Source of the DNA: an uncultured Candidatus Binatia bacterium
GTDB lineage: Bacteria; Desulfobacterota; Binatia; UBA9968; JAJDTQ01
Direction: 5' to 3'
NCBI GenBank assembly: GCA_965242525.1
Contig: OZ251459.1
Coordinates: forward strand, 2,137,515-2,201,514
DNA length: 64,000 nt
The position numbers and the translations under genes are program-made. Below, one piece after another: positions 53,841-62,515 of this stretch. The notes beneath the pieces were generated by a model. That model had not been told where the DNA came from, did no database searches, and saw only the letters and a program-made list of their open reading frames with translations. Position 1 is the first letter of the stretch; every line of letters starts with the position of its first letter.

Positions 53841-55439
53841 ATGACACAATCGGAAACGGGTTCGGACCCGCGCGCAGCGCGGCGGAAACTCCCCATCGGT
53901 ATCCAGACCTTCCGCGAGATCCGCGAAGACGGCTGCTACTACGTGGACAAGACCGCCTACGTCCAGCGGCTGGTGGACGAAGGCAAGCACTACTTCCTGT
54001 CGCGTCCGCGACGCTTCGGCAAGAGCCTCCTGGTGGACACCATCAAAGAGCTGTTCGAAGGCAACGAGCCGCTGTTTCGGGGTCTCGCCATCCACGACAG
54101 GTGGGACTGGTCCGCTCCTCGTCCCGTGCTGCGCTTCGACTTCGGGGACGGCGGCTATGACGAACCCGGCCTCGTGCACAAGGAGGCCGCGGCGCGCCTG
54201 GGCGCCCTGGAGCGGGGGTTCGCGGTCGCCCCCCACGACGACATCGCCCCGGCCCGTTTCCGGCACCTGTTGCAGACGCTGCACGAACGCACCGGCCGGC
54301 GGGCCGCGGTGCTGATCGACGAATACGACAAGCCGATCCTGGACGCGCTGAGGTCGCCGGAGACAGCCCGCGCCAACCGCGACTTTCTGCACGGGTTGTA
54401 CTCCGTCATCAAGTCCGCGGACGCACACGTCGAATTCACCCTGCTCACCGGGGTGAGCAAGTTCTCCAAGGTCAGCCTGTTCTCGGGCTTGAACAACCTC
54501 AAGGACATCACCCTGGACCCGCGCTACTCCGCCATCTGCGGCTACACCGAGGCGGACCTCGACACGGTGTTCGCCCCGGAGTTGCTGGGACTGGACCGGG
54601 GCGAGATCCGCCGCTGGTACAACGGCTACGGCTGGCTCGGCGACGAGAAGGTCTATAACCCCTTCGACATCCTCCTGCTCTTCGACACCCGACGGTTCAA
54701 GGCATGGTGGTTCGAGACCGGCACGCCGACGTTCCTCATCGACACGCTGCTGGAGCGGGGGGTCGGCTCGCTGGCCCTCGAGGACATGCTCGGCGACGAT
54801 GCCTTGCTGTCCGCCTTCGACGTGGGCGCCATCGCCACCGAGGCGCTGCTGTTCCAGACCGGCTACCTCACCATCCATGACGAACGGGACGTGGGCGGAG
54901 AGGCCGCTTACCGGCTGGGCTATCCCAACCGGGAGGTGCGCCAGAGCCTGAACCGGAGCCTGTTGAGCCGCCTCGCGGACGATCCATCCGGCCCGACAGG
55001 GCACCGCGTCCGGCTGTACGACCTGTTGCGGGACAACGATTTCGACGGCATGGAGGCGCTGCTCAGGGCATTCTTCGCCGGGATTCCGTACCAGTGGCAT
55101 ACGAAGAACGACATCGCCGACTACGAAGGCTACTACGCGAGCGTGTTCTACGCCCTGTTCGCGTCCGCGGGGCTGGACATGACGGTGGAAGACAGCAGCA
55201 GCCGCGGGCGGGTGGAACTCACGGTGCGCCTCGACGGCAGCGTGTACCTGTTCGAGTTCAAGGTGGTGGACCCGGCCCCCCCGGGGTCGTCGGCGCAGCA
55301 AAGCGCCGCGATGACCCAGTTGCGCGAGCGGGGCTATGCGGACAAGCACCGGAGTTCCGGCCGGCCGATCCACCTGATCGCAGTGGAGTTCAGCAAGGAG
55401 ACCCGCAACCTGGCCGTGTTCGAGGCAGCGCCGGCCTGA
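53841..55439 (+). CDS. predicted AAA-ATPase (PF09820-like) with C-terminal PD-(D/E)XK-like domain, paralogue of the 10369 gene
   Basis: 'KLPIGIQTFREIREDGCYYVDKTAYVQRLVDEGKHYFLSRPRRFGKSL' and C-terminal 'GRVELTVRLDGSVYLFEFKVV'. Confidence 0.75.
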   Translation: MTQSETGSDPRAARRKLPIGIQTFREIREDGCYYVDKTAYVQRLVDEGKHYFLSRPRRFGKSLLVDTIKELFEGNEPLFRGLAIHDRWDWSAPRPVLRFDFGDGGYDEPGLVHKEAAARLGALERGFAVAPHDDIAPARFRHLLQTLHERTGRRAAVLIDEYDKPILDALRSPETARANRDFLHGLYSVIKSADAHVEFTLLTGVSKFSKVSLFSGLNNLKDITLDPRYSAICGYTEADLDTVFAPELLGLDRGEIRRWYNGYGWLGDEKVYNPFDILLLFDTRRFKAWWFETGTPTFLIDTLLERGVGSLALEDMLGDDALLSAFDVGAIATEALLFQTGYLTIHDERDVGGEAAYRLGYPNREVRQSLNRSLLSRLADDPSGPTGHRVRLYDLLRDNDFDGMEALLRAFFAGIPYQWHTKNDIADYEGYYASVFYALFASAGLDMTVEDSSSRGRVELTVRLDGSVYLFEFKVVDPAPPGSSAQQSAAMTQLRERGYADKHRSSGRPIHLIAVEFSKETRNLAVFEAAPA

Positions 55440-55465
55440 AGCGCCCGGCCGTACGGCACGCAACG

Positions 55466-56431
55466 TCACCGCCGCCGCACGTGCGGGTCCAGGGCGTCGC
55501 GCAGGCCGTCGCCCATGTAGTTCACGCTCAGGACCGTGAGCGAGATGGCGAGACCCGGCCAGAGGACCCGGGCGGGGGTGATGCCGAGGAAGGGCACGCC
55601 ATCGTAGAGCAACCGGCCCCAGGTGGGGAAATCGGACGGGAAACCGAGGCCCAGGAAGCTCAGGGCGCTCTCGGTGATGATGGCATGGGCGATGCCGAGG
55701 GTGGCCGCCACCGTGATGGGGTTCAGGGCGTTGGGGAGGACGTGCTTCACGATGACGTGGTGCGGCCCCGCGCCCATGCCGCGGGCGGCGAGTACGAACT
55801 CCCGCTGCTTGACCGAGAGCACCTCCCCGCGAACGATGCGCGCGGTCTGCATCCAGCTCGTCATGCCGATGACCGCGACCACCAGGACGAATATCCCGAG
55901 CTCCGGTCCCAGGGCGGCGCGCAGCGGGTCCCGGAACAGCATGATGGCCACCAGCAGCAGCGGCAGCACCGGCAGGGCCAGGAACAGGTCGGTGAGCCGC
56001 ATGAGCGGACCGTCGAGCCTCCGGAAGAAGCCTGCGGTGACGCCGGCGAACGTCCCCAGTGTCAGTGACAGCACCATTGCGCCGACTCCCACCGCGAGCG
56101 AGACCCGCCCGCCCGCCAGCACCCGGGCCAACATGTCGCGGCCCAGGTTGTCCGTGCCCATGGGGTGGGCCAGCGACATGCCCCGGTTCCGGGCCGCGTA
56201 GTCGAGGTATTGCGGATCCACGCCGTGGACCGCGGACCCGAGCAGCACCGCCAACGCGACCACCGAGAACACCGCGGCGCCGGCCAGGGCGCCCTTGTGT
56301 CGCAGGAACTGGCGCCACACGTCCCGGGCCGGCGAGGGGCGCGCCGGCGCCGCGGCCGGTCTCCGGTCGAGCGAGGGGCCTCCCGATCCCGCGGCCGGTT
56401 CCCGGGCGGACTCCGGAACCCCGTCAGTCAT
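55466..56431 (-). CDS. ABC transporter permease (OppC/DppC-like)
   Basis: Six-TM BPD_transp_1 with EAA-like loop. It is adjacent to an oppB-like gene and a family-5 binding-protein gene. Confidence 0.85.
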   Translation of the reverse strand: MTDGVPESAREPAAGSGGPSLDRRPAAAPARPSPARDVWRQFLRHKGALAGAAVFSVVALAVLLGSAVHGVDPQYLDYAARNRGMSLAHPMGTDNLGRDMLARVLAGGRVSLAVGVGAMVLSLTLGTFAGVTAGFFRRLDGPLMRLTDLFLALPVLPLLLVAIMLFRDPLRAALGPELGIFVLVVAVIGMTSWMQTARIVRGEVLSVKQREFVLAARGMGAGPHHVIVKHVLPNALNPITVAATLGIAHAIITESALSFLGLGFPSDFPTWGRLLYDGVPFLGITPARVLWPGLAISLTVLSVNYMGDGLRDALDPHVRRR

Positions 56432-56535
56432 GCCGGTCCCTCGAGTCCGGCGCGCCGCGGCGGCATCCGCCTCCGGATGGAACGCCGTGACCGGCGCCGC
56501 GAAGAGGAACCCCGGGAACGCCGCCGTCCAAGACG

Positions 56536-57549
56536 TCAGTCATACCGGATCCTCGGGTCCAGCACGCCGTAGAGGACGTCCGCTGCCAGGTTGAACGCCA
56601 CGATCAGCACCGCGAAGAGGAAGGTCACGGTCTGTACGGTGGGGATGTCCGCGCTCTCGATGGCGCCGATGAGCAACTGGCCCACGCCGTTGATGCGGAA
56701 TATCTGCTCGGTGATGATGGCCCCTGCGAAGGTGGACGGCAGCCCCAGGGCCGCCACCGTGACCACTGGGATCATGCTGTTGCGCAGCACGTGGACCAGG
56801 ACCACCACCGGCTCGGCCAGCCCCTTGGCCCGGGCCGTGCGCACGTAGTCCCGGTTGAGGTTCTCCAGGACCGCGGAGCGCGTGAACCGGCTGAGTTGCG
56901 CCGCGTTGAACAGGCCCAGCACCGTCACCGGCATGATCATCTGCTTGACCTGGTAGCCGAAGCTCTCCAGGTCCGTCACTCTATGGGTGGTGTCGTAGAT
57001 GGACGGCAGCCAGTCGAGGCCGACGCTGAAGACCACGATGAGCACCGTTCCGGTGAAGAACGTAGGGATGGAGAAACCCACCATGGTGACGAAGGCGCCC
57101 ACCTGGTCGAAGACCGAATACTGCCGGTAGGCGGAGAAGACGCCCACCGGCACAGCCAGGACCAACGCCGCCAGGTAGGAGAGGCCCACCACGGTCAGGG
57201 TCTGCGGCAGCCGCTCCGCGATCAGGTCCACCACCGGCGCCCGGGTGGACCAGGAGCGCACGCGCAGGCGCTCCGCGGAGTCGCCGACCTCGATCCCCCA
57301 CAGTCGCTCGACGAGGTTGAGGGGCTCGTTGACCATGAACTGGCCGAGCCACCTGAAATAGCGCACGTGGAACGGTTGCCCGAGCCCCAGGCTCTCCCGG
57401 ATGGCTTCCCGGGTCTCCGGAGGGATCGTCAGCGGGAGCCGGGCCGTGGGGTCGTTGGGGGCGAGGTCGAGCAGGGCGAAGACGATGAAGCTGATGGCCA
57501 GCAGCGTCGGGACCGAGAACAGCAAGCGTCTGGCCGCGTACCTGGACAT
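56536..57549 (-). CDS. ABC transporter permease (OppB/DppB-like)
   Basis: 'MSRYAARRLLFSVPTLLAISFIVFALLDLAP' typical OppB N-terminus. Confidence 0.85.
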   Translation of the reverse strand: MSRYAARRLLFSVPTLLAISFIVFALLDLAPNDPTARLPLTIPPETREAIRESLGLGQPFHVRYFRWLGQFMVNEPLNLVERLWGIEVGDSAERLRVRSWSTRAPVVDLIAERLPQTLTVVGLSYLAALVLAVPVGVFSAYRQYSVFDQVGAFVTMVGFSIPTFFTGTVLIVVFSVGLDWLPSIYDTTHRVTDLESFGYQVKQMIMPVTVLGLFNAAQLSRFTRSAVLENLNRDYVRTARAKGLAEPVVVLVHVLRNSMIPVVTVAALGLPSTFAGAIITEQIFRINGVGQLLIGAIESADIPTVQTVTFLFAVLIVAFNLAADVLYGVLDPRIRYD

Positions 57550-57614
57550 GGACGGGACCCGTGCGCCCTACCGGCCGGGGAGGGCGCGGGAGGAGTTGCC
57601 GTGCGGGTCCCGGA

Positions 57615-59342
57615 TCAGCGCGGCGGCCGGCGATGCCACTCCTGGACGTTCCACAGGGTTGCGTCCCAGGCGTTGTGGCGCACCCCTCCGAGGGACAGCG
57701 CCCGGGCCGCCACCTCGCCCCGGTGGACCAGCGGGATCACCGCCCCGTCGCCCACCAGCATGTCGTTCATGCGCTTGGCGATTTCGGCGCGCCTCCCGAT
57801 CCCCGGAGTCTTGGCAAGCAACGCCGCGAGTTCGTCGTACTCCGGGTTGCAGTAGCGTGAGATGTTGCGGCCGATCCACTGGTTCCCGGGCGCCGGGATC
57901 TCCTCGCACAGCCAACCCTGCAGGTATGCCTGGGGATCGGTGCCGTCGAAGTTGTTGGTGTACATCTGGATGTCCGCGTAGAACTTCTGGTAGGTGTCCG
58001 GGCTCGCCGGATCGCTGCCGAAGAACACCGACCCGCTGATGTTCTTCAACTCGGTCTCGACGCCGATCTCCCGCCACATCTGCTTGACCAGGGCCTGGGT
58101 GCCCTGGCGGACCGAATTGGTGGAGGTCTGGTAGAGGATCGAAAGCCGCACCCCGTCCCTGGCGCGGACCCCGTCCGGGCCGCGCGCCCAGCCGGCTTCG
58201 TCCAGCAGCCGGTTGGCCCCGGCCACGTCCCGGGTCCTGCACCAGTCGTTGGCCGCGGAGGCATAGACCGGCGGGGCCGGGAGCACGTTGCAGGTGACCC
58301 GACCCGCGGGGCCGTAACCCGCGTCCACCAGGACCTCCCGGTCGATGGCCATGGACAGGGCGCGCCGCACCGCGGGGTCCGAGAGGAAGGGGTGGGGGTT
58401 CCTGCCGTCCTGATAGGTGGAACGCTTGGCGCCCAGGGCCGGATCGGGGTTGGTGAGCTGCACCACCAGGCGCTCCACCAGGGTGCCGAAAGCGGACAAC
58501 ACTTCGCCCTTGCCCGCCTTGGCCATGACGGCGAGGATCTCCGGCTCCACCTGCAGGTTCCAGCCATAGTCGAACTCGCCGGTCTCCAGCACCGCCCGAG
58601 CCGACGAGACCGCGTCTCCACCGCCCTTCAGCAGGACCGAGGAGAAGGCCGGGCGGTCAGGGTCTCGGTAGCGGTCGTTGAGTACGTAGCGGACCACGTC
58701 GTTGGCCCGGAACTCCTGCACCTCGAAGGGGCCGGTGCCCACGGGACCGAAGTTCTCCTCCGTGCACTCCGGCGCCCTGGCGCCCATGCACTTCTCGAAC
58801 TGCTTCTTCTGGAGGACCGGACAGACCGAGCCGGCGAACGGGGCATAGGGGAACGGCATGGGGACGGCGAAGGAGATCCGCACCGTGTGGTCGTCCACCG
58901 CCTCCACGGACGCCACGTTCTGGAACCGGCTGGCCGCGTTGCAGCCGCCCTCGGGATGCATGCAGTAAGCCGCGGTGAAGGCCACGTCCGCGGCGGTGAA
59001 CGGCGTGCCGTCCGACCACACCACGTCCTTTCGGAGCTTCCAGGTGATGGACTTGAGATCCGCGGCGACTCCGCGGTTGGCCACGGTGGGGATCTCCGAC
59101 GCCAGGGCCGGCGACATGACGCCGTTCTCGTCGTAGCGCACCAGCGGCTCCAGGACCAGGGCGGCCGCGTGGATGTCCTTGGTCCCCCCCGACAGGAGCG
59201 GGTTCAGGATCGACGGCGCCTGCCAGTAGAGCAGCTTCAACTCGCCGTCCGCGCCGCGCCCGGCTTGCGCCGGGGACGCCAACGCCGCCAGAGCCGCCGC
59301 GGCCGCGATGAACAGTCCGAGCAATCGCATCTTCGCCCTCAT
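57615..59342 (-). CDS. ABC transporter substrate-binding protein, family 5 (oligopeptide/dipeptide/nickel type)
   Basis: Signal peptide 'MRAKMRLLGLFIAAAAALAALASPAQA' and SBP_bac_5-like body. GGAGGG lies upstream of the ATG at 59342. Confidence 0.8.
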   Translation of the reverse strand: MRAKMRLLGLFIAAAAALAALASPAQAGRGADGELKLLYWQAPSILNPLLSGGTKDIHAAALVLEPLVRYDENGVMSPALASEIPTVANRGVAADLKSITWKLRKDVVWSDGTPFTAADVAFTAAYCMHPEGGCNAASRFQNVASVEAVDDHTVRISFAVPMPFPYAPFAGSVCPVLQKKQFEKCMGARAPECTEENFGPVGTGPFEVQEFRANDVVRYVLNDRYRDPDRPAFSSVLLKGGGDAVSSARAVLETGEFDYGWNLQVEPEILAVMAKAGKGEVLSAFGTLVERLVVQLTNPDPALGAKRSTYQDGRNPHPFLSDPAVRRALSMAIDREVLVDAGYGPAGRVTCNVLPAPPVYASAANDWCRTRDVAGANRLLDEAGWARGPDGVRARDGVRLSILYQTSTNSVRQGTQALVKQMWREIGVETELKNISGSVFFGSDPASPDTYQKFYADIQMYTNNFDGTDPQAYLQGWLCEEIPAPGNQWIGRNISRYCNPEYDELAALLAKTPGIGRRAEIAKRMNDMLVGDGAVIPLVHRGEVAARALSLGGVRHNAWDATLWNVQEWHRRPPR

Positions 59343-59367
59343 GCCCCCGCCCTCCGGGTCTCTTCCG

Positions 59368-59475
59368 GAACCTCCGGTCAATTCCGGCTCGACGTGTTTC
59401 TCCCTGTGAAAAAGCGCGTCCTTCGACTTCGCTACGCTACGCTCAGGACGAACGGGGCAATCGTTCGGGGTTTCC
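59368..59475 (+). repeat. MITE-like family A copy (minimal, one internal unit)
   Basis: 'ggaacctccggtcaattccgg...gcgcgtccttcgacttcgctacgctacgctcaggacgaacggggcaatcgttcggggtttcc'. It ends 25 nt upstream of the SBP start. Confidence 0.65.
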
Positions 59476-59497
59476 TTCGGCAAGGCCCGGTCCGCGG

Positions 59498-60349
59498 TCA
59501 ACTGAACAGGACCTTGGCCATCTCCGACCGGTACCGGTCCGCCAACTCGCTTCCCGGCCCCAGGACCTCGAAGATCCGGACCATCGCCTTGCGGGCGCCG
59601 TCGTCCTCGAAGGCGCGGTCTTTGCGCAGCACCGCCAGGAACTCTTCCAACGCGGCCTCGTAGAGCTCTTCCGCGGCAAGGGCCTGGGCCAGCCGGAAAC
59701 GCAACTCCACGCTGTCCGGGGCCGACGACAACCGCTGCCTGAGGGAATCCACGTCCGCGCCGTCCCCCTGGCTCAACTGCTGCCGGGCGATCAGCCGGTC
59801 GGCCTCCCTGCGCTCGGGCGAGCCCGGGGGCACCCGCTCGAGCAGCGCCAAGCCGCGCTCCGCATCCGTACCGAGCAGGATGCGTCCCATGCCGAGCAGC
59901 GCCCCCGCGTGGGGCGGCGACTCGTCCAGCACCTGTTGGTAGATTTTCGATGCCCCTTCCGCGTCGCCCCGGGACCACAACCCGTCCGCCTCGGCCGCCA
60001 TCTCGTCCTGACGCGAGGGCGCCACCGAACCCAGGACCTCGCGGACTCCGGCTTCGGGAAGCGCCCCGGTGAACTCCGCGGCAACGGCGCCGTCCTTGAA
60101 GACCTTGACCGCGGGGATCCCCTGTATGCCGAAGCCGGACGCAAGCCCGGGGTTCTCGTCCACGTTGACCTTGGCCAGGAGGAGCTTGCCCTCGTATTCC
60201 TCCACCACCCGCTCCAGCACCGGACCCAGGACCCTGCACGGGCCGCACCACGGCGCCCAGAAGTCCACCGCCACCGGCGTTTCTTCGGAACGCTTCAGCA
60301 CTTCCGCTTCGAACTCGGCGTCGCCAACGTCGAAAACCAGCGATTCCAT
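59498..60349 (-). CDS. thioredoxin-domain protein with C-terminal TPR-like domain (YbbN/CnoX-like)
   Basis: 'VDFWAPWCGPCRVLGP' thioredoxin CGPC motif followed by a helical repeat region. Confidence 0.8.
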   Translation of the reverse strand: MESLVFDVGDAEFEAEVLKRSEETPVAVDFWAPWCGPCRVLGPVLERVVEEYEGKLLLAKVNVDENPGLASGFGIQGIPAVKVFKDGAVAAEFTGALPEAGVREVLGSVAPSRQDEMAAEADGLWSRGDAEGASKIYQQVLDESPPHAGALLGMGRILLGTDAERGLALLERVPPGSPERREADRLIARQQLSQGDGADVDSLRQRLSSAPDSVELRFRLAQALAAEELYEAALEEFLAVLRKDRAFEDDGARKAMVRIFEVLGPGSELADRYRSEMAKVLFS

Positions 60350-60405
60350 GATGTTCCGGGACCTTTCCGCAGGGCCGGACCGGGTACGGGCGAGAGCCCG
60401 GCCCG

Positions 60406-60891
60406 CTATTCCCCGAGCGGGTCGAAGTCCGACCCGTTGAGGGTGAACCGACGCTCCACCGGGGTGGGCTTCAGGATCGTCTGCATGACGTAGCACCCGT
60501 TCTCGGCGTTGCGGACCACTGCGGCCACCCGCTCCGCGGGCTCGTCGGACTCCAGGTCCAGCCTGGTCTCGAACCCGACCCCCTGGGCCTCCACGGTCTC
60601 CCGCAGCACCGACCCCTGGCTCTTGAAACGCCCGGTCACGTGGACCCGGGCCTTGCCGATCTTCACCTTCATCATTTCCCCGTACCGGGAAACCTGGGTC
60701 AGCAGTCAGAACCCCAGGGAAAGCGCGAAGTACGCCAACGGCGGCGGCGCGCTGTTGTCGCCGCCGGTCCGCTCGGCCTCGTCGCACAGGACGGTGAACC
60801 CCCGGGCCTCGCCGCTCTTCTTCTGCCGTTCCAGGGCCGCGGCGTCGGCCTCGATCACGATCTCCCGCTTGACGGTCACGTCTTCGGCCAT
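60406..60891 (-). CDS. OsmC/Ohr-family peroxiredoxin-like protein with in-frame TGA (candidate selenocysteine) at 60706-60708
   Basis: ORFs 60706..60891 ('...PPPLAYFALSLGF*') and 60406..60675 ('...VRNAENGCYVMQ...') are in the same frame. They are separated only by TGA at the position where OsmC/Ohr proteins carry the peroxidatic Cys. The second Cys motif 'NAENGC' is conserved. Confidence 0.5.
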
Positions 60892-60923
60892 ATATCAACC
60901 TCCAGGGTTTGGTTTGCGAAACA

Positions 60924-61163
60924 GGAACCTCCGAACGATCGGGACAGGGGGCAAGGCTTCCTTCGACTTCGCCTCGCGTCCTTCGACTCCGCTTCGCTAC
61001 GCTCAGGACGAACGGAGATGGGAGTCCACGCTCAAGGCGAACGGGGATGGGAGCGCAACCCTTCCCAACCGACTCGTGCTGGTCACCCATGTTCAAGGCG
61101 AACGGGGATGGAGTGTCAGGGCGAGGGAGTCCATCCCGGATGCCTCGATCGTTCAGCGGTTCC
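60924..61163 (+). repeat. MITE-like family A copy with TIRs GGAACCTCCGAACGATCG / CGATCGTTCAGCGGTTCC and several internal units
   Basis: Read directly. The internal units are 'acgctcaggacgaacgg', 'acgctcaaggcgaacgggg' and 'gttcaaggcgaacgggg'. Confidence 0.7.
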
Positions 61164-61229
61164 AAAGGTAACCCATCAGCCGGAGACCGTCAATCGACCC
61201 GGCTGCACGAAGCACCGTCAAGCACCGTC

Positions 61230-61730
61230 ATGGCCCGGCGACACGCAGCCCTGATCCCGCTTTCACGCGACCATCACCAGGGGTTGACCCTGGCCTTGCG
61301 CTGCCGCAAGCACGCCCTCGGGCAGCTCAACCCCGGCGACGCCGCATCCCTGGAGGCATGCGCCGCGGAAGCCTCCCGTTTCTTCGGCGAGAGCCTGACG
61401 CCCCACTTCGAGGCCGAAGAGAAGGTCCTGTTCCCGCTGATGGCGGAATACCGGGAGAGCCGGGAGCTCGTGGCCGAGCTCCGGGGCGAGCACCGGGAGT
61501 TCCACCGTCTGCTGGCGCGGGCCGGGGATCCCCGCGGGCTGCGGAAGTTCCTGTTCGACTTCGGCGACCTGCTGGAGCGGCACATACGGAGCGAAGAGCG
61601 CGGCCTCTTCCCCGCCTTCGAGAGGCTCGTGCCGCAGGAGGAAGCCGACCGGGCCGGCCGGGAGTTGCGGCAAACCCTGGAAGGGAGCCGTGGGGCGTCC
61701 CGAGACCCCGAACTGCCGGAGTCGTCATGA
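61230..61730 (+). CDS. hemerythrin-like (HHE cation-binding) domain protein
   Basis: Spaced His/Glu pattern ('SRDHHQG', 'HFEAEEKVLFP', 'EHREFHRLL', 'ERHIRSEE'). Confidence 0.55.
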   Translation: MARRHAALIPLSRDHHQGLTLALRCRKHALGQLNPGDAASLEACAAEASRFFGESLTPHFEAEEKVLFPLMAEYRESRELVAELRGEHREFHRLLARAGDPRGLRKFLFDFGDLLERHIRSEERGLFPAFERLVPQEEADRAGRELRQTLEGSRGASRDPELPESS

Positions 61731-61748
61731 CGAAACCCCGAACGGCCC

Positions 61749-62215
61749 TCCCCGTTCGTCCTGAGCGCAGCCGAAGCCGAGTCGAAGGACGCGTAGCGTA
61801 GTATCCTGTAACAGTGTCCAAGTCACTGGCATGGAGTATCTTGTCATGCACGGAAAACATGTCTTGCGCCGCATCCCCGCTGACAGAGCGAATGTTACAG
61901 GGTAGAAACCTCTGAACAATCGGGACAGAGAGCATGGGCGCGTCCTTCGACTTCGCTTCGCTACGCTCAGGACGAACGGGAATAGGGGCGTCAGGGTGAG
62001 GGAATCGGGAATCCATCCTGGATGTCTCGATTGTTCAGAGGTTTCGGTAGTAGTTCCCTGTAACAGCGACCGAGTCACTGGCGTGGAACATTCCATCATG
62101 CACCGCGAACATGGCTCGCGCTGTATCCCTGATGATAGAGTAACTGTTACAGGGTAGTAGTTTCCCGTTCGTCCTGAGCGAAGCGAAGCGAAGTCGAAGG
62201 ACGCGCTTTCCCAAG
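61749..62215. repeat. nested repeat locus: partial family A MITE(-), 107-bp family B element, full family A MITE(+) (61906-62045), second family B element, partial family A MITE(-)
   Basis: Family B units at 61806-61905 and 62058-62157 share about 75% identity and carry 11-bp TIRs CCCTGTAACAG / CTGTTACAGGG. Confidence 0.6.
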
Positions 62216-62242
62216 GGAGAGCCGGCATTGAACGGACGTTCC

Positions 62243-62452
62243 ATGAACACCAAGACCGCGATCCTGTCCATCGACGGCCTGACCCCCGACACCGCAGCCG
62301 AGCTGTCGAAGACGCTCCGGGATGTCACGGGCGTCACCGAAGTCGATTTCTCGCTGGAACGAAAGGTAGTCGTGGTGGAGTTCGACCCGGAGGCCGCAAG
62401 CGTGGACGGGCTCACGCGCGTGGTCCTGTCCAACGGCTACAAGGTCCTCTGA
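62243..62452 (+). CDS. small ferredoxin-fold/HMA-like protein lacking the CxxC metal site
   Basis: 'AILSIDGLTPDTAAELSKTLRDVTGVTEVDFSLERKVVVVEFD' has betaalphabetabetaalphabeta HMA-like topology but no cysteines. Confidence 0.3.
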   Translation: MNTKTAILSIDGLTPDTAAELSKTLRDVTGVTEVDFSLERKVVVVEFDPEAASVDGLTRVVLSNGYKVL

Positions 62453-62515
62453 CCCGCGGGGGTGAAACTCCCGTCCACGAGATGCGGACGGGGCCTTCGC
62501 CGTCTCGTTGGCCGG

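Noticed and set aside
60406-60891. Simple pseudogene interpretation of the split OsmC-like ORFs
   Set aside because: This is not fully rejected. The single in-frame TGA at the peroxidatic Cys position, the intact downstream frame and the nearby GUA-loop hairpin favour Sec recoding over decay. Both are reported, with Sec as the hypothesis to test.
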